Part shown: in pieces, positions 1 to 10,249 of the stretch
How the letters are laid out: the number at the start of each line of letters is the position of its first letter
How positions within the stretch are numbered: the stretch's first letter is position 1
Source: Candidatus Saccharimonadota bacterium
Lineage (GTDB): Bacteria; Pseudomonadota; Gammaproteobacteria; Enterobacterales; Enterobacteriaceae
Direction: 5' to 3'
DNA length: 32,000 bases
Assembly: GCA_041941795.1 (NCBI GenBank)
Contig: CP145872.1
Coordinates: forward strand, 30,001 to 62,000
Notes under the pieces: model-generated
What the model saw: only the letters and a program-made list of their open reading frames with translations
Told to the model about the DNA's origin: nothing
The model's database searches: none
Position numbers and translations under genes: made by a program

Positions 1-723
1 GGAGCCGGAGCAGCAGCAATTGCTTGTTTAGATTTGTTAGGAACATTAGGACTCCAAAAAAGTAATATTGTGGTCTGTGACTCCAAAGGGATAATTTATC
101 AAGGACGTGAACCTAACCTTACTGATACTAAAGCTATGTATGCAGTAAATCTGAATGTTAATAACAAGAAGGGTTCTTATCCCACTTTAGATGACGCTAT
201 TACTGGAGCAAATATTTTTCTAGGGTGTTCTATACCTAATATTTTAACTCCGGCAATGGTAAAGAGAATGGCGATAAAACCATTGATTTTAGCTCTTGCC
301 AACCCAGTGCCCGAAATCTTACCTCACCTAGCTAAAGAAGTACGACCAGATGCTATTATTTGTACGGGGCGATCAGATTATCCCAATCAAGTTAATAATG
401 TTCTCTGTTTTCCATTTATATTTCGTGGTGCTCTTGATGTAGGGGCAACCACTATTAATGAAGAAATGAAACTATCGGTAGTATCCGAAATTGCGAAGTT
501 GGCATTTAACGAACCACATGAAACGGTTGTTAACGCCTATAATAATGATGAAAAACTAACTTTTGGATCGGAATATTTAATTCCTCAACCATTTGATCCA
601 CGTTTAATATTCAAAATTGCCCCAGCAGTTGCAAAAGCTGCTATGAAGTCAGGGGTGGCTACTAGGCCCATTACAGACTTTGAAGAATATCACCAAAAAC
701 TCTCTAACTTTGTTCAGAGCTAA
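1..723 (+). CDS. maeB: NADP-malic enzyme MaeB, catalytic domain only (5' end outside the window); no PTA-like C-terminal domain follows
   Basis: Frame 1 is open from base 1 (GAGAAAIACLDLLGT, the dinucleotide-binding motif). It continues with ALANPVPEILP, GRSDYPNQVNNVLCFPFIFRGALDVGAT and DPRLIFKIAPAVAKAAMKSGVATRPI, matching E. coli MaeB as I recall it. TAA at 721-723. Confidence 0.9.
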   Translation, partial: GAGAAAIACLDLLGTLGLQKSNIVVCDSKGIIYQGREPNLTDTKAMYAVNLNVNNKKGSYPTLDDAITGANIFLGCSIPNILTPAMVKRMAIKPLILALANPVPEILPHLAKEVRPDAIICTGRSDYPNQVNNVLCFPFIFRGALDVGATTINEEMKLSVVSEIAKLAFNEPHETVVNAYNNDEKLTFGSEYLIPQPFDPRLIFKIAPAVAKAAMKSGVATRPITDFEEYHQKLSNFVQS

Positions 724-740
724 TTTCAGCTGTATCTTTA

Positions 741-959
741 TTAACGACTACGGAAGACAATGCGTCCTTTACCTAGATCATACGGAGTCAGTTCTACCGT
801 GACAGTATCTCCGGTTAAGATCCGAATATAATTTTTGCGCATTTTTCCCGAAATATGAGCGGTTACTATATGTCCATTTTCTAATTCTACTCTAAACAGA
901 GTATTAGGTAAAGTATCTAACACAATGCCCTGCATTTCAATATTCTCTTCTTTAGACAT
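741..959 (-). CDS. infA: translation initiation factor IF-1
   Basis: 72 aa, [65 protein letters not shown], the canonical IF-1 S1-fold sequence. Confidence 0.97.
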   Translation of the reverse strand: MSKEENIEMQGIVLDTLPNTLFRVELENGHIVTAHISGKMRKNYIRILTGDTVTVELTPYDLGKGRIVFRSR

Positions 960-1008
960 TTTTGTCCTCTTTTTTTGTTAATGTTGTTTTTCACAAAAAC
1001 TGTTCTTC

Positions 1009-1983
<975 letters not shown>

Positions 1984-2033
1984 TTATTCGCATTATAAAT
2001 TATGTAGATTGAATAGTGGATAAAAAGTTATCT

Positions 2034-2069
2034 AAGCATAGGTAAAAAAAGCCTTTTTTACGTATGCTT
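2034..2069. repeat. long inverted repeat / hairpin (7 bp + 1 mismatch + 8 bp arms, loop AGCC) in the trxB-serS divergent spacer
   Basis: AAGCATAgGTAAAAAA-agcc-TTTTTTACgTATGCTT. Pairing checked base by base: 2034:2069 through 2049:2054, with one G:G mismatch at 2041:2062. Confidence 0.6.
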
Positions 2070-2150
2070 ATAAAGTTTCACACTCCATTTAAATTTAATG
2101 TAATGTATATTTTTATTAATATTAATCTGAAATACTGATATGGAAAAAAG

Positions 2151-3449
2151 ATGCTAGATCCTAATCTTTTACGCAAGCACCTCAATATGGTAGCTACAAA
2201 ACTAGCCCGTCGAGGTTGGTCTTTAGATGTGGAGACCCTTCGACGGATAGATGAAAGTCGAAAATTACTGCAACTGGAAACAGAACAGCTGCAGGCAGAG
2301 CGCACGAGAATATCTAAAGAAATAGGATTAATGAAGAGAAATAATGAGGATATCCGCGAATTTTGTCAAGTAGTTAAAGGCTTGAGTCAACGACTTGATG
2401 AAAAAAAAATGGAACTAGATAACTTAAATAACCAGTTTAGAAATTTTTCTCTTATGCTGCCCAATATTCCCGCAGATGAAGTGCCCAATGGAAATGATGA
2501 AATATGTAATATTGAAATCAAACGATGGGGAAAACCACGTCACTATGATTTTACGTTGAGGGACCATGTTAGTTTGGGTCAAGAATTGACTAATAACTTA
2601 GACTTTAAGTTAGCGACCAAGATCACAGGATCTCGTTTTATAGTAATGAAAGGAGCACTAGCTCGTTTACATAGGGCGCTAGGTCAATTTATGATTGACT
2701 TACACACTGAACAACATGGTTATACGGAAACTTATGTTCCATATTTAGTTAATTCATCGTCACTTTATGGAAGTGGACAAATGCCTAAATTTCATCAGGA
2801 GATATTTTTTACTCAAGAAAATGATGTTGTTTCCAGTTTGGCATTAATACCTACTGCAGAAGTGCCATTAACTAATATAGTGCGAAATGAAATTATTGAA
2901 GAAAAAATATTACCACTTAAATTTACTGCATATACACCATGCTTCCGGTCGGAAGCTGGTTCTTATGGACGTAAAACATATGGGATCATTCGAATGCATC
3001 AGTTTGATAAAGTAGAATTGGTACAAATCACGCGTCCGGAAGATTCTATGAATGCATTAGAATTATTAACTGATCATGCCGAAACCGTGCTTAAATTACT
3101 GAATTTACCGTATCGTAAAGTACTATTATGTGCAGGTGATCTCAGTGCTGGTGCCTGTAAAACTTATGATTTAGAAGTTTGGCTGCCGGCTACGAAGACA
3201 TTTCTAGAAATATCTTCCTGCTCTAATATGTGGGATTTTCAAGCTCGTCGCATGCAAGCGCGTTATCGTAGTCAGAAAAATAATAAAATTATTAGATTAG
3301 TTCATACGCTTAATGGTTCAGGATTAGCGGTAGGACGTACATTAATAGCAGTGATGGAAAATTATCAGCAAGCCGACGGAACTATTGTTATCCCAAAAGT
3401 TTTACATTCTTACATGAATGGACTTAAGTCTATTATTAGGAATAATTGA
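2151..3449 (+). CDS. serS: seryl-tRNA synthetase
   Basis: 432 aa. MLDPNLLR start, coiled-coil arm, class II motifs ([44 protein letters not shown]). Confidence 0.97.
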   Translation: MLDPNLLRKHLNMVATKLARRGWSLDVETLRRIDESRKLLQLETEQLQAERTRISKEIGLMKRNNEDIREFCQVVKGLSQRLDEKKMELDNLNNQFRNFSLMLPNIPADEVPNGNDEICNIEIKRWGKPRHYDFTLRDHVSLGQELTNNLDFKLATKITGSRFIVMKGALARLHRALGQFMIDLHTEQHGYTETYVPYLVNSSSLYGSGQMPKFHQEIFFTQENDVVSSLALIPTAEVPLTNIVRNEIIEEKILPLKFTAYTPCFRSEAGSYGRKTYGIIRMHQFDKVELVQITRPEDSMNALELLTDHAETVLKLLNLPYRKVLLCAGDLSAGACKTYDLEVWLPATKTFLEISSCSNMWDFQARRMQARYRSQKNNKIIRLVHTLNGSGLAVGRTLIAVMENYQQADGTIVIPKVLHSYMNGLKSIIRNN

Positions 3450-3453
3450 TTAG

Positions 3454-3526
3454 TGGGTCGTGAGGGATTCGAACCCGCGACCATTGGATTAAGAGTCCAC
3501 TGCTCTACCATCTGAGCTAACGACCC
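3454..3526 (-). tRNA. tRNA-Lys, anticodon CUU (no encoded CCA)
   Basis: Reverse complement reads GGGTCGTTAGCTCAGATGGTAGAGCAGTGGACTCTTAATCCAATGGTCGCGGGTTCGAATCCCTCACGACCCA, 73 nt. Cloverleaf folds by hand. Anticodon loop is CU-CUU-AA. Backbone is near-identical to E. coli tRNA-Lys. One C50:U64 mismatch in the T stem. The 3' flank is CTA, not CCA. Confidence 0.9.
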
Positions 3527-3551
3527 ATATTCTTTTATTCTTATTAATGGT

Positions 3552-4361
3552 TTATTGAGAACTAAGTTTCACTGATTTTTGTATACATGCATGGATAGCA
3601 TCCATAACCGCTCCGCGAAGACCTTTTTCTTCTAAACACTTTATCGCTTCGATAGTGGTGCCTTGTGGAGTACAAACCTCGTCTTTTAGTACCGCCGGAT
3701 GTTGCTTCGTTTCAAGGACCATTTGAGCCGCTCCTTTTACTGCTTGAGCAGTAAATTGATAAGCCTGGTTGCGCGACATTCCACTAAGTACAGCAGCATC
3801 CGCCATGGCTTCTATAAACATATAGACATAAGCAGGAGCAGAACTGCTCACGCCCACGACAGTATGAATCAGTTTTTCGGGAACAACTGCTGTTCTTCCG
3901 ATAGCATTAAAGATATTGACTAAATCTTGGAGCTCTCTCTCTGTAACTAATGTGTTGGGCGTAATAGAAATCATACCCTCTCTTACTAAAACAGGTATAT
4001 TTGGCATGACGCGAATAATTTTTCTATTATCTCCTATTATACTGGCTAAGACCTGCAAGCTAATACCCGTAGCTAAAGATACTACAAGTACATCTGGGTC
4101 TAAGTGAGTAATTTTGTTCTTAAGAATATTTAAAATTACGGGCGCTTTGACTGCTAAGAACAGAATATTAGCATGTTGAGATACTTCTTGTTCACTGAAA
4201 GTGATATTCGTGCCATACTGATTATGTAACCATTGCATTTTTTTCACATTGCAATCATATAAATAAATATTCGTTGCTAACATTATTTTACTTTTAACTA
4301 TCCCTCCGATGAGTGCTTGTGTTATATTACCTCCGCCAATGAAACCTATTGTTTTTTTCAT
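3552..4361 (-). CDS. proC: pyrroline-5-carboxylate reductase
   Basis: MKKTIGFIGGGN Rossmann start and C-terminal SPGGTT-like PQGTTIEA motif. I prefer the ATG at 4361, which has a GGAGA Shine-Dalgarno 5 nt upstream and gives 269 aa as in E. coli, over the ORF-track ATG at 4373, which has none. Confidence 0.93.
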   Translation of the reverse strand: MKKTIGFIGGGNITQALIGGIVKSKIMLATNIYLYDCNVKKMQWLHNQYGTNITFSEQEVSQHANILFLAVKAPVILNILKNKITHLDPDVLVVSLATGISLQVLASIIGDNRKIIRVMPNIPVLVREGMISITPNTLVTERELQDLVNIFNAIGRTAVVPEKLIHTVVGVSSSAPAYVYMFIEAMADAAVLSGMSRNQAYQFTAQAVKGAAQMVLETKQHPAVLKDEVCTPQGTTIEAIKCLEEKGLRGAVMDAIHACIQKSVKLSSQ

Positions 4362-4390
4362 CAATCTCTCCATTCATGAATTTAATGATT

Positions 4391-5467
4391 CTAAGCCGGC
4401 AATTCATGCATCCAAGCATGAATCAATCGATAAGAAATAGCAAGCACTACTGGGCCAATAAATAAACCTATCATTCCAAAGGTCAATAATCCTCCGATGA
4501 CTCCACAAATAACTAGAATTATTGGTAAATCTGCTCCCATGCGTATCAAGACGGTCCTTAATACATTATCTATAGCTATAATAATACAGCTCCAAATTAC
4601 TAAAAGAGTGCCTCTAGTAGTATCTCCTTCCCAATAAATCCAGATAATAGCGGGGACTAATACTGGGAGTGGCCCCAGCTGCATCAAACAAAATATAACT
4701 AATAGTCCGGTTAATAAGGTAGCATAAGGTATACCGAATAATGCCAATCCAATTCCTCCTAGAAGTCCTTGTACTAAAGCCGTAACGGAAATTCCCAGAG
4801 CAACCGCCCGAATGGCTTGAATAGCTAATAAAACAGCTGTCTCGCCCCGATGGGGAGCTAGTCTACTTGCAAATTTACGGACCTCGTTTCCTATTTTTTC
4901 TCCGCGCCAATAAAGTAAGATACTGAAGAAAAGCATTAGAATAAGATGTAACATAAGGTGCGCCACATGTGCAACCTGTGAAAAAACAAAGCTGGTTGTT
5001 TTACCAACATAAGGTTTTATATATGTCATCATTGTACTACTTTCCCCCGATAAAATACTCTTCCAGCTAGAAGAGAGTTTATCTCCTATCATGGGAATAC
5101 TAGTAAGCCAATGTAGTTGAGGCAATTTAATTTGTCCGGAAGTTAGATACTCAATTAATGGAATAATATTATCTATCAAACTCTCTATTAGTAAGCTGGC
5201 AGGTATGATAAATAGTAAAAAGAGCAGTATGATCATAACCCCTACAGCAAGGATCCGTTGTCCCCATAGTATATTCTGGATTTTAATTAGTATAGGCCAT
5301 GTGGTTATTACTACCATGCTCGCCCACGCAAAACCCGGAAGAAAGGGTCGTACCACCCAAAAACAGGTAATAATTAAAAGGGTAATAAACATAAATAAAA
5401 ACACTATTTGTGGTATATCCATCACTGACCGTATATTTGTCATCTGGTCATGTTTATCTTCACACAT
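4391..5467 (-). CDS. ydiK: AI-2E / PerM (UPF0118) family inner-membrane permease, YdiK-like
   Basis: 358 aa polytopic membrane protein. Conserved blocks AIRAVALG, LGPLPVLVPAIIWIYW.GD, IRMGADLP and GMIGLFIGPV are typical of the family. AGGGG lies 8 nt upstream of the ATG. Confidence 0.8.
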   Translation of the reverse strand: MCEDKHDQMTNIRSVMDIPQIVFLFMFITLLIITCFWVVRPFLPGFAWASMVVITTWPILIKIQNILWGQRILAVGVMIILLFLLFIIPASLLIESLIDNIIPLIEYLTSGQIKLPQLHWLTSIPMIGDKLSSSWKSILSGESSTMMTYIKPYVGKTTSFVFSQVAHVAHLMLHLILMLFFSILLYWRGEKIGNEVRKFASRLAPHRGETAVLLAIQAIRAVALGISVTALVQGLLGGIGLALFGIPYATLLTGLLVIFCLMQLGPLPVLVPAIIWIYWEGDTTRGTLLVIWSCIIIAIDNVLRTVLIRMGADLPIILVICGVIGGLLTFGMIGLFIGPVVLAISYRLIHAWMHELPA

Positions 5468-5609
5468 TTTAGAACCCCTAACACAGTTGAATTTTAGATA
5501 TAGTAAATTTTACTCTCATCAGGTATAGTAATAATTATCCTCCCAAATACTCTCACTATATCCATCCAGAATCCTCAATCAGCTTGAGAATAAAAATTAA
5601 TTAATAGTT

Positions 5610-5686
5610 TGGTACGTCCGAGTGGATTTGAACCACTGACCCCCATCACGTCAAGATGGTACTCTAACCAGCTGAGCTACGGACGC
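5610..5686 (-). tRNA. valV: tRNA-Val, anticodon GAC (CCA encoded)
   Basis: Reverse complement reads GCGTCCGTAGCTCAGCTGGTTAGAGTACCATCTTGACGTGATGGGGGTCAGTGGTTCAAATCCACTCGGACGTACCA, 77 nt. Close to E. coli valV/valW, and like them it sits just downstream of mdtK. G1:U72 wobble. Confidence 0.93.
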
Positions 5687-5723
5687 ACTAATTTATCCTG
5701 TGGTGGTGATGAGCATTATCCTC

Positions 5724-7127
5724 TTATATGTTTCTCCTATTTATTAATATGCCTCTTTGTAAAATTTCGGCGGTAGATAATCCTTGGAGCTGACGTATCC
5801 GATATAACATCATCATCGCTGAGGCAGTCAAACTAATAATAAATCCTATCCAAAAACCAGCAGGTCCTAGAGGATGTCCTACCAAGGGAGTTAATGCGAG
5901 TATATAGCCACATGGTAATCCTAGTAACCAATAAGCGGTGAAAGTGATAATGGATATAGAACGGGTATCTCTATATCCTCGTAAAATTCCACTTCCAATA
6001 ATCTGAATAGAATCGGAAATCTGATAAAATGCGGACAGTAACATGAGATGTGTTGCTATTGCTACTACTTGTGGATTATGGTTATATAACCAAGCAATAT
6101 GCTCACGATAGAGGGCAGTCAAAATAGCCGTCACGCACGCAATCGTAGTACCAATACAATGCGCAGTTGTAGCAACTAAACGGGCATTTTTTGGAGATCC
6201 TTGCCCAAGCTGAAAACTGACTCTTATACTAGTCGCTATACTAAGGGAAAGTGGTAAAACAAAGACCAGAGCACTAAAATTAAGTGCAATCTGATGTCCA
6301 GCTACTTGGACTATTCCTAGAGGGGATATCAGTAAAGCTACTAGGGCAAATAAAGTTACTTCAAAGAAAAAAGACAGAGCTATTGGAAAACCAATAGTAA
6401 TCAGCCTCCAGATTGCCTTCCAATCAGGATGAAATTTCGATAAATATTTATTAGTTGCTTCCGTGATATCCTTCATAGAGCTGGTATAATTAAACCAGGT
6501 AATAATACTTATAAACATTACCCAGTAAACAAACGCCGTTACCATTCCGCATCCTGGTCCACCTTGAGCTGGAATGCCTAATTTTCCATTAATAATAATA
6601 TAAGTTACTGGAATCTTAACCATTAAACCAACTAATCCAATAACCATACTAGGCTTAGTATTGGCGAGTCCTTCACATTGATTTCGGACCACCAGAAAAA
6701 ATAAATATCCCGGCACTCCATATAACATAGCATGTAAATAGTGAATCGTTTTATTCGCGAGAAGTGGATCTATATGAGGCATAAAATGAATAATATAATT
6801 GGAATTATAGAGTATAAATATAATTACAACCGAAGAAATAGCGGCTAACCAATAAGCCTGACATGCTTGATAAGCAATATGCTCACGTTGATTTGATCCA
6901 TTTAGGTGGGCTACTACTGGAGTAAGTGCCAGAATTAACCCATAGCCAAATAAAATAGCAGGCAACCATATAGAAGTGCCTATTGCAACCGCAGCCATAT
7001 CAGTAGTACTAACAGCACCAGCCATCATGGTATCTACAAAACCCATAGATGTTTGTGATATTTGTGCCATAATTACTGGACCCGCAAGTATGAAAATTTT
7101 ACGTGCTTCAACCCAATATTTCTGCAC
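5724..7127 (-). CDS. mdtK: MATE-family multidrug efflux transporter (NorM/MdtK)
   Basis: 467 aa, 12-TM. GTG start with an AAGGA SD. N-terminus [10 protein letters not shown]...[32 protein letters not shown] parallels E. coli MdtK. Confidence 0.93.
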   Translation of the reverse strand: MQKYWVEARKIFILAGPVIMAQISQTSMGFVDTMMAGAVSTTDMAAVAIGTSIWLPAILFGYGLILALTPVVAHLNGSNQREHIAYQACQAYWLAAISSVVIIFILYNSNYIIHFMPHIDPLLANKTIHYLHAMLYGVPGYLFFLVVRNQCEGLANTKPSMVIGLVGLMVKIPVTYIIINGKLGIPAQGGPGCGMVTAFVYWVMFISIITWFNYTSSMKDITEATNKYLSKFHPDWKAIWRLITIGFPIALSFFFEVTLFALVALLISPLGIVQVAGHQIALNFSALVFVLPLSLSIATSIRVSFQLGQGSPKNARLVATTAHCIGTTIACVTAILTALYREHIAWLYNHNPQVVAIATHLMLLSAFYQISDSIQIIGSGILRGYRDTRSISIITFTAYWLLGLPCGYILALTPLVGHPLGPAGFWIGFIISLTASAMMMLYRIRQLQGLSTAEILQRGILINRRNI

Positions 7128-7253
7128 TGATCTTATCCTTCCAGATATTTAGCAAGTGAGCTAAAATAGGCATTTTAGCGTTACATGATGATTTAGGCAA
7201 GATTTTACCTCGCCGATTACAAAAAAAGTCATTCTCTCCACTGATACTACTTC

Positions 7254-7418
7254 ATGTTTACGAACCTTCTTATCCTAGAGAGAGCAACAGTACTTTATAT
7301 TAACAAATTTTCACACGGAGGAGCACGGAGTTACATTCTGAGTTTGGATAACGATAAAATAATATTACAGTTATCGATAAATAATGTGATCCGCAAGTTA
7401 ATAAGAAGATCTTTCTGA
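7254..7418 (+). pseudogene. ribE: probable relic of riboflavin synthase ribE(ribC), 54-codon stub
   Basis: ATG at 7254 gives MFTNLLILERATVLYINKFSHGGARSYILSLDNDKIILQLSINNVIRKLIRRSF*. Compare the E. coli RibE N-terminus MFTGIVQGTAKLVSIDEKPNF...SVAHNGCCLTV (213 aa). It is divergent from mdtK, as ribC is in E. coli. Confidence 0.45.
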
Positions 7419-7604
7419 TCTGCTCCCCTTATTTAGTCTGCCGATACTGTCCGGACAGAACAAAAATAATAGAAATACTAATTAATTTTAGTCAAGTAAT
7501 AACTTATTATAATAGAATTATATTCCACTTTATGGTATCAGTATTACAATAGTAATTAATTATCAATTATAATACTGAGTTAGTGAAAAAAGGAATTATG
7601 TAAG

Positions 7605-7943
7605 ATGCACAAGAAAACTGCGGAAAAAATTAGAAGAAAAATTTCCGATCATCCAATTCTCATTTTTATGAAAGGTTCTCCACAACTTCCATCATGTGGA
7701 TTTTCTGCACAGACAGTCCAACTACTTTCGGCGTGTGGAGAAGATTTTGCATATGTAGATATTTTAAAAAATCCGGATATTAGATCTTACTTGCCTATAT
7801 ATGCTAATTGGCCTACTTTTCCTCAACTGTGGATTGATGGACAACTAATCGGTGGTTGCGATATTATTACTGAAATGTTTCAGTGCGGAGAATTACAAAC
7901 AATAATCCAGAAAACCGCTCATAAATATCGAGTGCATCAGTGA
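7605..7943 (+). CDS. grxD: monothiol glutaredoxin Grx4
   Basis: 112 aa. CGFS active site within MKGSPQLPSCGFSAQ, followed by WPTFPQLWIDGQLIGGCDI. Confidence 0.96.
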   Translation: MHKKTAEKIRRKISDHPILIFMKGSPQLPSCGFSAQTVQLLSACGEDFAYVDILKNPDIRSYLPIYANWPTFPQLWIDGQLIGGCDIITEMFQCGELQTIIQKTAHKYRVHQ

Positions 7944-8028
7944 TAACCTTCTATTAGATGATTTAGTTAATAGCTATTAAGTAAACAAAAATGCATGAGG
8001 ATATTGTTAAAAAGGAAAACCTCTTTTC

Positions 8029-8388
8029 ATGACCTCAATATATGATGGTCATAAAATTAAACCCTGGGATCGTAAATATTATCAAGGATCTTTTTTAGAA
8101 GATTATCATTTACCTTCATCTCCTGTAATGGGTTAAACAAACATGTTAACTGTCCTTATTCTAATAAGAGTAAGGATTTGGATGAAACCAACCATCTTTG
8201 GACTCCTAATCTCAGAAGACGACCTATCCTATTTACGTGGAATATTTGAGAGCAACAAGTTATTGTACATAGGTAATGTACATTCAAATATTTTTATAAG
8301 AGTGATAGTTTTTTTCTGCTTAATAAGTCCCGCAATTGAACTTAGTAGAAAAGAGATACCTCAAACTCACCAATGGATCATACTATGA
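8029..8388 (+). pseudogene. pdxH: pdxH (pyridoxamine-5'-phosphate oxidase) pseudogene: single frame with an internal TAA and a large C-terminal deletion
   Basis: 8029-8136 (..WDRKYYQGSFLEDYHLPSSPVMG*) and the ORF-track 8143-8388 ORF (..MKPTIFGLLISEDDLSYLRGIFES..VHSNIFIRVIVFF..) are in the same frame. They run co-linear with E. coli PdxH [59 protein letters not shown]. The relic lies immediately upstream of tyrS, as in E. coli. Confidence 0.6.
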
Positions 8389-8560
8389 TTACCCTCCCAT
8401 TATTATTGATTGTCGGGTAAATTTTTTCGTGTGTTCTTGAATTATGCTTTCGGAACCCAAAAATTTACTGCAGGAGAGGTATTTTTTTTTAACGTAAATA
8501 AATTGGGTAAAATGTCAAACTTACCTCCAGAAATGATTGTATGATTAAATTATTTCCATA

Positions 8561-9838
8561 ATGAAGACAGATAATCTAATTAATAAATTAAAAAAACGCG
8601 GATCTATAGCTCAGATCACCGATGAGCATGAGTTGTTGAAAAGAATTACAAAAGGACCTATAGTACTTTATTGTGGTTTTGATCCCACAGCAGATAGTTT
8701 GCATTTAGGTCATTTAATACCATTGCTTTGTTTAAAAAGGTTCCAGAATGCTGGGCATAAGCCGATTGCCCTTATAGGTGGGGCCACAGGGTTAATTGGT
8801 GATCCTAGCTTAAAAAATAGAGCTCGTGTTCTCAATAGTTTTGAGACCGTAGCCGAATGGAAGGCAAAAATTGTCAGACAGTTAACGAAATTTCTGGATT
8901 TTCAGGGGGGAGAGAATAGGGCGATAATCGTAGACAACTATGACTGGTTTAGTAACATGAATTTACTCAATTTTCTCCGGAGAGTGGGAAAACATTTTTC
9001 CATTAACCAGTTAATTAATAAAGAATCCGTGAAGAAACGCTTAAAAATGAATGATTTAGGTATTTCATTTACTGAATTTTCGTATAATTTATTACAAAGT
9101 TATGATTTTTCATGTCTTAATGTACAATACGGAGTAGAGTTACAAATAGGAGGTTCGGATCAATGGGGAAACATTACTTCGGGAATTGATTTAACTCGTA
9201 GATTACATCACCAGCAAGTTTTTGGACTTACGCTGCCGTTAATTACCAAATCGGATGGAGTTAAATTTGGTAAAACTGAAGATCAGACCGTATGGTTAGA
9301 CGATAAAAAAACTAGTCCTTATAAATTTTATCAGTTTTGGATTAATACTGCCGATGTTGACGTTTATCGATTCCTTAAATTATTTACTTTTATTGATAAC
9401 AAAAAAATAGATACTTTGGAACAAGAATGTAAAAATCGTCAGGATCTTAGGCGAGCACAGTTTATATTAGCTGAACACGCTACTAAATTAGTCCATGGAA
9501 ATAAAGGAGTCTCTGCTGCCAAACGTATTACACAAAGTCTATTTTCGGGTTTAATAAATGAATTAAAAGAATCTGATTTCCAACACCTGGTTCAAGATGG
9601 TATTGCAGCTATTGAATTATCAGCGTCGACTGGTTTAGCGCAAGCATTAGTCAACGCTAACTTAGTCTCCTCTCGGAGACAATCCCGAGCACTCATTGAA
9701 TATGGAGCTATAAGTGTTAATGGAGCATTACAATATAATTATAAATACCAATTCAGCAATAGTGATCGACTTTATGGGCGTTATACTTTAATACGAAAGG
9801 GAAAAAAAACATACTGTTTAATATGTTGGAAACCATGA
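8561..9838 (+). CDS. tyrS: tyrosyl-tRNA synthetase
   Basis: 425 aa. HIGH-type motif DSLHLGH, KMSKS-type KFGKT, C-terminal S4-like domain. Confidence 0.97.
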   Translation: MKTDNLINKLKKRGSIAQITDEHELLKRITKGPIVLYCGFDPTADSLHLGHLIPLLCLKRFQNAGHKPIALIGGATGLIGDPSLKNRARVLNSFETVAEWKAKIVRQLTKFLDFQGGENRAIIVDNYDWFSNMNLLNFLRRVGKHFSINQLINKESVKKRLKMNDLGISFTEFSYNLLQSYDFSCLNVQYGVELQIGGSDQWGNITSGIDLTRRLHHQQVFGLTLPLITKSDGVKFGKTEDQTVWLDDKKTSPYKFYQFWINTADVDVYRFLKLFTFIDNKKIDTLEQECKNRQDLRRAQFILAEHATKLVHGNKGVSAAKRITQSLFSGLINELKESDFQHLVQDGIAAIELSASTGLAQALVNANLVSSRRQSRALIEYGAISVNGALQYNYKYQFSNSDRLYGRYTLIRKGKKTYCLICWKP

Positions 9839-10249
9839 AGATCATAGCATGCATGTTATGGTTACTTTTATTTTTATATTAATTTTATTTGGTTGTATTT
9901 TCTGTGAAGAGGGAGATAAGATGGTGATTACATCCGTCGGCTGCAACAATTATTCTTTACTCATTACATATATCTGCCGACCGAAGTTTCTGGACCACTT
10001 GAAAAGTTTAATAAATTTAGTGGTTGATATGTGTTACCAAAGAAATCTCTTAGACATAATCATGACCTTATAACGCTGTTTACACCGACTCCCATGTCTT
10101 ATGTATGCTACCAAACAATTTTTAAAATATGGAGTTATACTCTTTCTTTGGCAGTATTTTTACTTTAAACAATCTTGTAAGGAGTGCCCCTAAAATAGGA
10201 TGAGATCCTGTAGTTGACGTCCGTAAAAATAGGTTAAGTGATAATAATT

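Noticed and set aside
7447-7458. Perfect 12-bp GC-rich palindrome CTGTCCGGACAG, and nearby CACGGAG-GAG-CACGGAG (7314-7330), in the mdtK-grxD spacer
   Set aside because: These are single occurrences with no partner sites. They lie within or next to the putative ribE debris, so they are most simply leftover coding sequence. No known operator is recognised.
7544-7573. Sigma70-like promoter for grxD: TTACAA, 18 nt, TATAAT, about 30 nt upstream of the ATG
   Set aside because: It is plausible, but such hexamers occur by chance at high frequency in this AT-rich spacer (another TATAAT is at about 7508). The sequence alone does not support a feature call.
9849-10073. 74-aa ORF after tyrS. It contains a good SD+ATG at 9921 (MVITSVGCNNYS...) that could be a pdxY relic (E. 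coli order is tyrS-pdxY)
   Set aside because: Similarity to PdxY (MMKNILAIQSHVVYGHAGNS..) is too thin and not convincingly co-linear. The protein is hydrophobic and low-complexity. I left the region as unassigned spacer, and blastx could revisit this.
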